Positions 47,791-59,046 of a stretch of DNA of 64,000 nt are shown here, piece after piece. A model generated the notes under the pieces. That model ran no database searches. It worked only from the letters and a program-made list of their open reading frames with translations, and was not told where the DNA came from. Both the position numbers and the translations under genes were made by a program. This DNA comes from an uncultured Bacteroidales bacterium (lineage in GTDB: Bacteria > Bacteroidota > Bacteroidia > Bacteroidales > B18-G4). Every line of letters starts with the position of its first letter. The stretch's first letter is position 1. The stretch lies in contig CAVWAP010000004.1 in NCBI GenBank assembly GCA_963753055.1, positions 181,550 through 245,549 of the forward strand. Direction: 5' to 3'.

Positions 47791-49045
47791 TGAAGGCACA
47801 TATGATGTATACTTCACATCATTGGCTTATCAAAGCGTTATGGTTGCTGATACTTTTGCGCTTGCCGGTATTATGACACCAATTGATGTAGAAATGTTCG
47901 AACAGCCATATCCGGTGCCATGGGTTACAGCTACAGTAAATGCTGATGATACAGAATGCCTTGTTGAATGGGCACTTCCTGTCGGACCATACGAGATCAT
48001 CTATGAAGATGGTAGCGCAGAAGAACTGTTTGTATGGGCTACAGGCCTTAATGAGAATGCAGTTAAGTTTACTCCATTAGGTTATCCTGCCACAATTATC
48101 GGTGGTCGCCTGTTTGTTGGTGACGGTACATTCCCGGCAGCTAACTGGCTTGGATCAGACTTTGCCATGCTGGTATATGACGATGATGGTCAGGATGGCA
48201 TGCCAGGTACCGTACTTGACTCAGTTCAGGTAGTCGTCAATAACTACGGCTGGTTAGAATTCTGGACAAATGGTACAGCTACCATTACAGATGGTGACTT
48301 CTACCTGTCCATGTTGCAGTTCTATCCTGCACCTAACACTGCACCACTTGGTGTTGATCTGGAAACTCCGACAGCCAACAGGAGTTATTCTAAGATGGCT
48401 GGAATTGAATGGGCGCTATCCGTGTACCAGGATTTCATGATCCGTGCATACGTTGCTGGTCCTTCAACCAGTGATATAGCTGATGGAACAACAATGTTGT
48501 GTCCACCTAAGGCTCCTGTCGGTGCGGATGGAACAGTCTTCTTTACGCAGAATGGTAGCAGGCAATCATCACTACCTGGTTACGAAAAAGCTGGTGAGTA
48601 TAAGAGTGTTGAACATGCTGCTTCAGCCAACCGTGATGTGGTTTCTTATGACGTTGCCAGGGTATCTGATTTTGATCCTAACATGGGACCGGAATTCGGT
48701 ACAATGACGACAATTACAAATACTACTGAAGTTTCATATAATGACATCGCCTGGGGCGGTCTGCCGCAAGGATATTATGCATATGCGGTGAAAGCTATAT
48801 ACCAGAATGGTGATGAATCTGACTGGGTATATTCCAATATCGTTGGACACCTTGAATTCGTAACTGTCGACTTTGAAATTACCCTGTCAACAGGTGCACT
48901 GCCAGAAGGGGTGGAAGTTGTAATGGTAGGTGAAGAATGGCCCTATAGCGTGTATGCTGATGTAACCGATACCACCGGCCTTCTGACATTTGAGGAGGTA
49001 TGGAAGGGTATCTATAATATCACTGCTTTCAAAGCAGGCATATGA
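47654..49045 (+). pseudogene. paralog 3 fragment 4/6 (CarboxypepD_reg units, jelly-roll, FN3-like)
   Basis: 463-aa ORF. Homologous from 'FAGTVLDGNTAMPITGVTVTAG' to 'WKGIYNITAFKAG'. Confidence 0.75.
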
Positions 49046-49367
49046 CATATATGAGATTCCAAATGAGAACATACAGACCGACAGGAGCTTTGTCATTATC
49101 CTGGGCGAGAAGCGTTATCCGCCACGCAACCTGTGGGTAGATCCGCTGACCTCCTGGGCATACTGGGAATGGCCTATCGTTGAAGCCCTGGCGGAAGATT
49201 TTGAAGGTACGCAATGGCCTCCTCCATACTGGCAATCACTTACTGATGGCGAAGGCTGGTTCCTGACAACAGCAGGCAGCAGCGCAAGCTGGACGATACC
49301 TACATGGGATTCACAATATGTAGTATCTAATGATGATGCGAATTCAGGCAACAACGGATGCTGCTGA
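48990..49367 (+). pseudogene. paralog 3 fragment 5/6 (start of choice-of-anchor-J-like domain)
   Basis: 125-aa ORF. Homologous from 'YDIYEIPNENIQTDRSFVIILGEKRYP' to 'SNDDANSGNNG'. Confidence 0.7.
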
Positions 49368-52300
49368 CTATCTTGTCACACCAGCCTTAGACCTTCGTGA
49401 GTCAGAAGATTTCTTCCTGAATTTCGATAGCTTCTATGACGGAGCCTATGGACAGTTAGCTACTGTTGAGTATTCATACGATGCAGGAGCTACCTGGGAA
49501 GTACTTTATGCAGTACCTCCAACACCAGGCGCATGGGCGGAGATTGAAATAGATCTTTCAGACTATTGCGGTGCAGGCTCAGCACACCCAATCTGGTTTG
49601 CTTTCCATAGCGATGACAGCGGAGCATGGGCCTCAGGCTGGGCTATTGATAATGTTGAAATCCTTAATGGCGAAGGCAACCCGATCGATTTCTACGTCTT
49701 CTTAGATGGCGCCTTTGTATCTTCATCCGGTATCACCGAGTACCAGTACATGTGGCTGACTTACGGTGTTACCTATGAAGCGAGTGTATCAGCACGCTAT
49801 ACTTCAGGCCTTTCAGAGAAGATCTACTATACCTTTGTATCTGAATACCTTGTACCTCCACGTAACCTGGATGGCGAGACCTTCGACGATGCCGTGCACC
49901 TATGGTGGGAGCCACCACTGGAGCCGGAAGCCATGTTCGAACTGGTCAGCGTTGTACCACGTACAGAGCGTCCAAACCAGTATTCAGACTACAGTCCAAC
50001 AATACGCACAGTTAAGGTAACTGGCAACAGCTCCACCCGCGATATCTGGGATGTACAATATAACTTCCCAACCTTCTTCAACGGAGGAGAGGCCGGAACC
50101 GAATCAGACGGAGAATATATCTATACCACACAGTGGAACGCCGGTAACGGTACAATGTATCAGTATGCTACTGATGGTACCTATATTGGTTCCTTTGTAG
50201 TAAGTGGTGCGATGGATGTAAGAGACCTTGCGTATAATGAGAACACAGGCTATATGTACGGTTCCAACGCTGGCAACACTTGCTGGGAGATGGACTTCGC
50301 AGGAGGCACAACAGTAAGTTCAATAGCAGCCCCAACAGCATGTAGGGCGATAGCTTATGACGACGGTGCCAACGGTTTCTGGGCCAACAACTGGGATACC
50401 CCGATTACGTTGTTTGACTATTCAGGAGCCACGTTGAATACCATCAACGTAGGTGCCTTTGGTAGCTTGTACGGATTGGCCTATGACGAATGGACAGACG
50501 GTGGACCATACCTGTGGGCATTTAGCCAGGCAGGTGCAGGTGCCGAGCTGGTACAGTATGACATAGCTACAGGACAGGAGATCTTCAACCTGAACGTACT
50601 TCCACTTGTTGGAGGCACACAGATAGCAGGTGGACTTTATACTGCTTGTAACCTGATCCTTCCGGGAACCGCCCTTGTCGGTGGTAACCTGCAGAACGAG
50701 AAGGTCTTTGGATTGGAGTTAGCTGAGTGTTCTGGCTTGCCAGGCCCCGGCGGCTTCGTAGTACCGGAGAACCTGTTAGGTTATAATGTATACCGTGATA
50801 TGGAGAATATCGCTTACGTACCTTACATGGAAGAAGACACATCCAACTACTATGACCTGGGACTTGACCCACTGACCTACCAGTATGATGTAACAGCCCT
50901 TTACGACCTTGGTCGTTATGGCTTCCCGGGCGACACCGGCGAATCCATGTATGAAGGACCGTTCATTATCCAGGTACTTTATGGTTATCCATTACCATTC
51001 CAGGAGTACTGGGTGAGTGGAGGCTTTGATGTTAACCAGTGGTCACCAGAAGACAACTGGACTGTCAACGGCCAGATAGGTAATCCTGAGCCGGCAACTG
51101 AGTTCACCTGGGATCCAGTGCTGACAGACTATCGTTCAGCCCTTAGCAGCTTCCCATTGGATGGCATCGGCCTGGTAGGCGATCCATACATTGATGGATG
51201 TATCTGGTTTGAATATGATGTTAAACTGGATGACCGTAATATGACAGGAGCAGAATCACTGACCATTGAAGTAGGTAACCAAAATGGCTGGCATACGCTT
51301 GCCACCTACGAAAGTGATGGTAGCTTTGACTGGACCCATGAGATGTTTGATATCACAGAATGGTCCTTCGGCCAGATATTCCGCTTGCGGTTTACAGCAG
51401 AAGGTGCCAGCTCAGCTGATATCCAGTCATGGTTCCTCGACAATATCGAAGTATACCTGGTATGTATGCCAGTTATGATCTTTGTTAGATGTTCAGGCTG
51501 GAGCGATGTTGAAGTACATCTAAGCTGGACATCACCATACGCTTGTACAGCAGGCGGACCTGGTGGTGGCGAGTGGATCTTCTGGGATGATGGTACCAAC
51601 ACAGGCGGCATAGGACTCACCGGCGGTGGTGTATTTAGTGTAGCATCACACTGGGATCCGGATATGCTGACAGCTTATGACGGCATGGCCATCACCAAGA
51701 TCAGGTTCATACCTTATGAAAATGCAGCGAATACTGTGATCAATATGAAGGTATGGGAAGGCATCAATGCCGGTACCCTTCTGATAGACCAGGCAGTTAT
51801 CTCATACATTGCAGGTGAATGGAACGAGATCGAGCTGGCTTATCCTGTTTACATTGATGTAACTAAGGAGCTGTGGTTCGGTTATACTTGTGATTCACCC
51901 GATGGCGAGAACCCGGCAGGTTATGACGCTGGTCCTGCAATAGCAGGTTATGGCGACATGATCACGTTGGATGGAGCCACCTGGGATCCGATCTCCAGCT
52001 TTGGTGCACAGTTTGACATTAACTGGAACCTGCAGGCATGGGTAACCGTACCTACAGAGACTTCAGCAGCACCAATGCCAATGGTAGATGTAACTGAATA
52101 CAGCACACCGGAAGCAACGTTTAACCAGGATGCAGGACAAGCAATTGTATCAGCACCTGTTTACAGCAGCCGTGAGCTACAAGGTTACAACATCTATAAG
52201 GACGGTGATTTCCTTGATTTCACAGCCGATACATTCTATGTAGATTACATTCCTTACAACAGCGCATTCCCGATGGACATCATGTACGATGTGACTGCTG

Positions 52301-52608
52301 TATATGAGGATTGTGAATCTGCACCGGAAGGTGTCATGGTTGAAGTTACAGGCATCGAGGATATTCTTGCAGAAAATAACATTGCAGTCTATCCAAACCC
52401 TGCCCGTGACGTGCTGAATATCAAGTCAACTGATAATATCACACATATCACGATGATGAACAACGTCGGACAGGTTGTCCTCAACAAGAAAGTTGCTGAT
52501 GACAATGTTCTTGAGTTGAATGTAGAAAATTATGAACCAGGACTCTACATGATCAAGATCGAAACTGCTGACAACCTCGTTATCGAGAAAGTGTTGATAA
52601 CAAGATAA
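49330..52608 (+). pseudogene. paralog 3 fragment 6/6 (adhesin-like domains, propeller-like module 2, C-terminal jelly-roll, CTD)
   Basis: 1092-aa ORF, homologous from 'ADYLVTPALDLRESEDFF' onward. Contains the scrambled patch 'PVMIFVRCSGWSDVEV' where the paralogs read 'PVTDLLSDVQAGSDVEV' and 'PVEDLMVDVQAGSDVEV'. Confidence 0.8.
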
Positions 52609-52656
52609 TCCTGAATAGTGCAGTGCAACACTGTACCGTTCGAGGAACACGATAAG

Positions 52657-52692
52657 AAAAGGCCCTGCAAATTTTTGCAGGGCCTTTTCTTA
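52657..52692 (+). terminator. rho-independent terminator after paralog 3 (same sequence as after paralog 2)
   Basis: 'aaaaggccctgcaaa tt tttgcagggcctttt' at 52657-52688, followed by T-rich sequence. Confidence 0.8.
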
Positions 52693-52712
52693 ATTTTTTA
52701 TTTTATTATTTC

Positions 52713-52741
52713 AATGCAACGATTTGAGTGCTTTTTTTGTC
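52713..52741 (+). promoter_or_regulatory. conserved intergenic box, copy upstream of paralog 4
   Basis: See 35725-35752. Lies 221 nt upstream of the ATG at 52962. Confidence 0.3.
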
Positions 52742-52961
52742 TTACAAGGAACAGAAATGTTAGTTTACTTAAAGTAGCGAGCTTAAGTTTGCTAATGATT
52801 TCAAAGATATGTTTCTAAAATGACTTCAGTTGTTAAATAATTGATAAATTTCGATTTTTCAATTGGTGGTAATCATTTTATTATTATTTTCGCTGCTTCA
52901 TTAACTTTTTAGTAAACATTCTAAAACATAATCAATTATTAATAACCAAAACTTTTCCAAG

Positions 52962-53834
52962 ATGAAAATTATTACAAAAATGATTATGACATCTTTGGTG
53001 GTTTTATTGTCGGTTTCAATCATGTCTGCACAAGGCGTCAGGAAACCAGATTTTTCAGACCTTGAGCTGAAAATGATGGAACAGCACGCAGGCAAGGTGG
53101 TGCAACCCAGGCATGTTAACCCTCCAACAGATGTTTTGGCAGTTCCAGTCTCTAGCTTCCCTTACAGCACTGACTTTGAGAGTGGCATGCCCGCAGAATT
53201 TGATCCTCAGCCAGGTAGTGATGCTGATGTGAGAATCTCCGGCACTGCTGCTTCAAATGGTGCCAATGGATTGCTATTTGAAGGGAATACTTCCACAAAT
53301 TGGGGCTCAACGCCTTCAACTTATGCGTTAGCCTTTGATCCTTCAAAATCTACGCATTTCGGATCCTGCAATATTGATGTGATTCCGAGTGGTAGCGCAG
53401 GAGTATTAAGCATGATGTTTGATTTTGGCATGGGGTATTCCTATGCTGTGAATTACTCATGGTTCAGGGTGCTCGTTGATGGTGTCGTCATCTATGAAGA
53501 AGGCGGTGGCTATTATTTCCAGCCCGCAAGTCACTGGAATGGCTCTCAATGGCAGGAGCTTGAGTTTGACCTGAGCGCTTTTGAAGGTGCGCCATTTACC
53601 ATTACACTGCAATCATCCATGAAATATTATGAAAATTATTACCAGGAAGGTGATATTGCACTTATTGATGATTTTATGATCTGGTACAAGCAAGATCCTG
53701 GTGATGTTGAAGGATATGTATTTAATGGTGATGGTCTTACTATCGCTGGTGCAACAGTGGGCCTTGAAGGCTTTGCTATTACAACAACTAGATCCCAGCG
53801 GCTATTATTCCCTGCTGCAACTTCCTGGCGGTAA
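52962..53834 (+). pseudogene. paralog 4 fragment 1/2 (signal peptide, MAM-like head, start of CarboxypepD_reg)
   Basis: 290-aa ORF. Homology to paralogs 1 and 3 ('FPYSTDFESGMPAEFD...LIDDFMIWY', 'VEGYVFNGDGLTIAGATVGLEG') ends at 'AITTT'. Confidence 0.8.
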
Positions 53835-54081
53835 CCAGGAGATGTTTGCTACTAAGCAAGGATACAACGTGACTTACGACATGGTTAATATCCCTCCAGC
53901 TGGTCAGACAACACACGATTTCATACTGACTCAACCAACCATGATCCTTAATCCTCTATCACATAACTATACACTGAACCCACAGGAGTACTTTACTACT
54001 TCAACAGGTATACAGAATACCGGGGATGGTGAACTTACATGGTCTGCTGAGATTGTGTATCCCACCACAGATGAGCTACTG

Positions 54082-54492
54082 GCTTATTGTACTGCCAGTG
54101 GTGGTTGTGATGAGTATATTTCACGTGTACAGATTGGAGACATAGACAATAGCTCCGCATGTACAAATTATGGAGATTACACTGATCAATCAACAGATGT
54201 GCTTCTTGGCGAAAGCTACCCTATTACAATCACGAACGGTAATCCGATCTGGACAGCTGACGAGTGTGGTATCTGGGTTGACTGGAACCAGAATGAAGAC
54301 TTTTATGATGATGCGCCAATTTCTGTCAGTGGCAGCCCGGGCGTAGGACCTTATACAGCTACTATTACTGTTCCTCCAGACGCCCTTCCGGGGCCAACCA
54401 GGATGAGGGTGCGTATCGATTACGCCAATACCCCGGATCCTTGCGGTGCAACAACCTTTGGTGAAGCAGAAGACTACACCTTGTTCGTTGTT
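54082..54492 (+). other. GEVED domain in paralog 4 (slot 1)
   Basis: 'AYCTASGGCDEYISRVQIGDIDNSSACTNY...TRMRVRIDYANTPDPCGATTFGEAEDYTLFVV' has the same Cys pattern as 30681-31082 and a GEAED variant of the signature. Confidence 0.7.
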
Positions 54493-55119
54493 GGCGGTGC
54501 AGGAAACTGGCTCTCACTCGACTTCTACAGTGGTACAGTCCCTCCAAACGGCGGTATCTTGAATATTCCAACAAACTTCGATGCCTCCTTTGGTGAAGTT
54601 GGCAATACATATCATGCTGACATCGTTTTCACCAGTGATCCTGATGTCGGTGTAGTGACTATACCTTGCACAATGTCAATCATCGGCTCTCCACTTACAC
54701 CACCTGAAAACCTGGTGGTTAATCTGGAAAATGACCTTATCGGGCAGGTAAGCCTGACATGGGACTGGTTCGGTGATGCATTCCAGTATTTTGTGATCAA
54801 GAGAGATGGTGCAGTCGTTGGTTCAACAACAACCAATAATTTCACTGACTTCTTACCGGATTATGGAGAGTATTGCTATACTGTTCAGGCCCAGTATGAT
54901 GAAGGCCTCACAGTTCCTGCCGGACCTGAATGTGTTCTCTGGCCAAATCCGGAGATATACATCAATCCGACAGACCTGACCGGCTATGTATGGGTTGGCG
55001 AAACAGTGGATGTATATACCACAATTACCAATAACGGAATAGGTACACTGTCGTATTCATTCCCGGAATTTGTAACACTTGACCTGTTAAATGACCCAAC
55101 TGTTGTCAAGAACCAGACA

Positions 55120-55786
55120 GGTGCTCCATGGGAGTCTGTTGAACTTGAAAAGGGTGAAGTTGATCCGAACAATGGTAACGGTTACCCGGTTGATTTAGGT
55201 GCCGGTGGCCCTGATGATTTTGGTTATGTCTGGATCGATAGTGACGAAGCAGGCGGACCGGCATTCAGCTGGATCGATATCTCTGCAACAGGTACGGTAG
55301 TTACTGGTTTAAGTGATGATAACCATGTCGGACCATTCAATATTGGGTTTACTTTCCCATTCTATGGTGAAGATAAAACACAGTTCTATGTACAGTCAAA
55401 TGGATTGATTGGATTCCAGGATAGCTATATTACACTGACCAATTATGCCATTCCAACGGGTAATACTTATGCTGATTTTATTGCATGGTGCTGGGATGAT
55501 ATGGACCCTGGTAATGTAAATACAACAGTATGGTATGAAACGGTTGGAAATACTCTCGTTATCCAATTCGATACCTACTATGAGTATCCGGACGGAACCG
55601 AATATATTAATGCCCAGATGCAATTGTTCAGCAATGGTAAGATCCTGATCCTGTATGATTATATTGTACCGGGATTTGATTTAGGTGGTAATACCGTTGG
55701 CATACAATCATCTGATAATACACTTGGCTTACAGGTAGCTTATAATACTGCTTATCTCCATGATGACCTGGCATTATTATTTAGCC
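55120..55786 (+). other. NIDO-like beta-sandwich module unique to paralog 4 (slot 2)
   Basis: 'GGPDDFGYVWIDSDEAGGPAFSWIDIS..GTVVTGLSDDNHVGPFNIGFTFPFYGEDKTQFYVQSNGLIGF...' follows the FPFYG...V.SNG...F pattern of NIDO-type domains. This is a motif-level call only. Confidence 0.4.
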
Positions 55787-58353
55787 TACCAGCTGATTTC
55801 ATCGTTGATGTTCAACCACCAGCTGGAACTGTTGCTGAAGGTGAATCAGCTGATATCACAATCACTTATGATTCAGAAGGATACGATCCTGGCACCTATG
55901 AGCAGGAGCTGTATGTGGAATCCAATGATCCTAACAGTCCTGCAGATACAATAGACAATACAATGATCGTCTATACTCCCGGACAGTATGCCGGAACAGT
56001 ACTTGATGGAAATACTGCAATGGGTTTGATTGGTGTAACTGTTACAGCTGGCACGTACCAAACTGTAACTGATGCCAATGGAGAATATTCATTGTTTGTT
56101 GATGAAGGTACTTATGATGTATACTTCTCATTACTGGGATACCAGGATGTAATGGTTGCAGATACATTTGCTCTGGCAGGTATCGTCACACCAATTGACA
56201 TTATGATGTACGAAGAAGCATATCCGGTGCCATGGGTTACAGCTACAGTAAATGCTGATGATACAGAATGCCTTGTTGAATGGGCACTTCCTATCGGACC
56301 TTACGAAATCATCTATGATGACGGTAGCGCAGAAGAACTGGTTGTGTGGGCTTCTGGCCTGAACCAGAACGCTGTTAAGTTTACTCCATTAGGTTATCCT
56401 GCCACAATTATCGGTGGTCGCCTGTTTGTTGGTGACGGCAGTTTCCCAAATGCTAACTGGCTTGGATCAGACTTTGCCATGCTGGTAATTGACGATGATG
56501 GCGCAAATGGATTGCCAGGAACGGTACTTGACTCAGTACAGGTATTTGTTAATAACTTCGGCTGGTTAGAATTCTCATTGACAGGAACGGCCACCTTTAC
56601 TGAAGGTGATTTCTACCTGTCTATGATGCAGTTCTATCCTGCACCTAACACTGCACCACTTGGTGTTGACCTGGAAACTCCAACAGCTAACAGGAGTTAT
56701 TCCAAGTTTGCCGGTGCTACATGGTCACTTTCTGTATACCAGGATTTCATGATCCGTGCATACGTAGATGGACCAACCACCAGCGATAATGCAACAGTAA
56801 GCAGCAATACAATGTATCCACCTAAGCTTCCTGCTGATGCAGAAGGTAATATCTTCTTCTCACAGAATAACGTGAAGCCATCTGGAATACCAGGTGTAGA
56901 AGGCGCAGGTGAATTCAAAGCTGTTGAACATTTTGCTCCGGCAAATCGTGATGTAGTTTCATACAACCTTGCCAGGATATCTGATTTTGATCCTAACATG
57001 GGACCGGAATTCGGTACAATGACAACAATTACAAATACTACAGAACTTTCATATAACGATGTTGCCTTTGGCGGTCTGCCACAGGGATATTACGCATATG
57101 CTGTTCAGGCAGTCTATCAAAATGGTGACCTGTCTGACTGGGTATATTCTAATATCGTTGGACACCTTGAGTTCGTAACTGTCGACTTTGAAATTACCTT
57201 GTCTACTGGTGCACTGCCGGAAGGCGTTGAAGTTACAATGACAGGAGAAGAATGGCCAAACGCTATATATTATGGTGTTACTGACACTACCGGCCTTCTG
57301 ACATTCGAGGATGTATGGAAAGGAATTTATGTAATTACTGCCTACAAACCGGCATTTGATTTATATGAGATTCCAAATGAAAACATCCAGACCGACAGGA
57401 CCTTTGTCATTATCCTTGGAGAAAAGCGTTATCCTGCACGTAACCTGTGGGTTGATCCTTTGACTTCATGGGCATACTGGGAATGGCCAATAGTATCAGC
57501 TTTGTTTGAAGACTTTGAAGCTACTACATGGCCACCAACAGGATGGCAGTCACTCACTGCCGGCCAAGGCTGGTTCCTGACAACCGCTGGCAGCAGCGGA
57601 AGCTGGACGGTACCTACATGGGATTCACAATATGCAATATCTAACGACGATGGTGCCCCATCAGGCAACAACGGAAGTGCTGACTATCTCGTAACACCAG
57701 CGTTAGACCTTCGTGAATCAGAAGACTTCTTCCTGAATTTCGATAGCTTCTATGACGGAGCCTACGGACAGTTAGCTACTGTTGAGTATTCATACGATGC
57801 AGGAGCTACCTGGGAAGTACTTTATGCAGTACCTCCAACACCAGGCGCATGGGCAGACATTGAAATAGACCTTTCAGACTATTGCGGTGCAGGCTCAGCA
57901 TATCCAATCTGGTTTGCTTTCCATAGCGATGACATTGGAGCATGGGCCTCAGGATGGGCAATTGATAATGTATCAGTGGCCAATGGCGATGCCAACCCGA
58001 TCGATTTCTACGTCTTCTTAGATGGCGCCTTTGTATCTTCATCCGGTATCACCGAGTACCAGTATATGTGGCTGACTTACGGTGTTACTTATGAAGCGAG
58101 TGTATCAGCCCGTTATACTTCAGGCCTTTCAGAGAAGATCTACTATACCTTTGTATCTGAATACCTTGTACCTCCACGTAACCTGGACGGCGAGACCTTC
58201 GACGATGCAGTGCACCTATGGTGGGAGCCACCACTGGAGCCGGAAGCCATGTTCGAACTGGTCAGCGTTGTACCACGTACAGAGCGTCCAAACCAGTATT
58301 CAGACTACAGTCCAACTGTACGTACAGTTAAGGTAACTGGCAACAGCTCAACC

Positions 58354-59046
58354 CGCGATATCTGGGATGTACAATATAACTTCCCAACCTTCTTCAACGG
58401 AGGAGAGGCCGGAACCGAATCAGACGGTGAATATATCTATACCACACAGTGGAACGCCGGTAACGGTACAATGTATCAGTATGCTACTGATGGTACCTAT
58501 ATTGGCTCCTTTGTAGTAAGTGGTGCAATGGATATAAGAGACCTTGCGTATAATGAGAACACAGGCTATATGTACGGTTCCAACGCAGGCAACACTTGCT
58601 GGGAGATGGACTTCGCAGGAGGCACAACAATAAGTTCAATAGCAGCCCCAACAGCATGTAGGGCGATAGCTTATGACGACGGTGCCAACGGTTTCTGGGC
58701 AAACAACTGGGATACCCCGATTACGTTGTTTGACTATTCAGGAGCCACGTTGAATACCATCAACGTAGGTGCCTTTGGTAGCTTGTACGGATTGGCCTAT
58801 GATCCATGGACAGACGGTGGACCATACCTGTGGGGCTTTAGCCAGGCAGGTGCAGGTGCCGAGCTGGTACAGTATGACATGAATACAGGAGCAGAGATTT
58901 TCAACCTGAACGTACTTCCACTTATTGGAGGCACACAGATAGCAGGTGGACTTTATACTGCTTGTAACCTGGTCGTTCCGGGAACCGCCCTTATCGGTGG
59001 TAACCTGCAGAACGAGAAGGTCTTTGGACTGGAGTTAGCTGAGTGT
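58354..59046 (+). other. propeller-like module, paralog 4
   Basis: Colinear with 41793-42486 at offset 16561. About 0.4 kb (about 58391-58804) reads as identical to paralog 2. Confidence 0.6.

Larger units (their letters stand above)
44654..52608 (+). pseudogene. giant T9SS cargo gene, paralog 3 (~2650 codons), disrupted by about 10 single-nucleotide indels
   Basis: Six ORFs (44654-45631, 45559-46005, 46048-47790, 47654-49045, 48990-49367, 49330-52608) join into a full-length homolog of paralogs 2 and 4. Alignment to those paralogs places +1 insertions near 45558, 45614-45618 (an A5 run), 46014, 47674, 49037 and 49358. It places -1 deletions near 45985 and three within 51475-51503. Signal peptide 'ALIVLMLSTSMVFAQ'. 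The CTD at 52381-52605 is intact. Confidence 0.85.

Noticed and set aside
44654-53834. Programmed ribosomal frameshifting or simple-sequence phase variation as the explanation for the broken giant genes.
   Set aside because: The sites share no slippery heptamer and include both +1 and -1 events. Some form locally compensated clusters, and only one lies in a homopolymer (A5 at 45614-45618).
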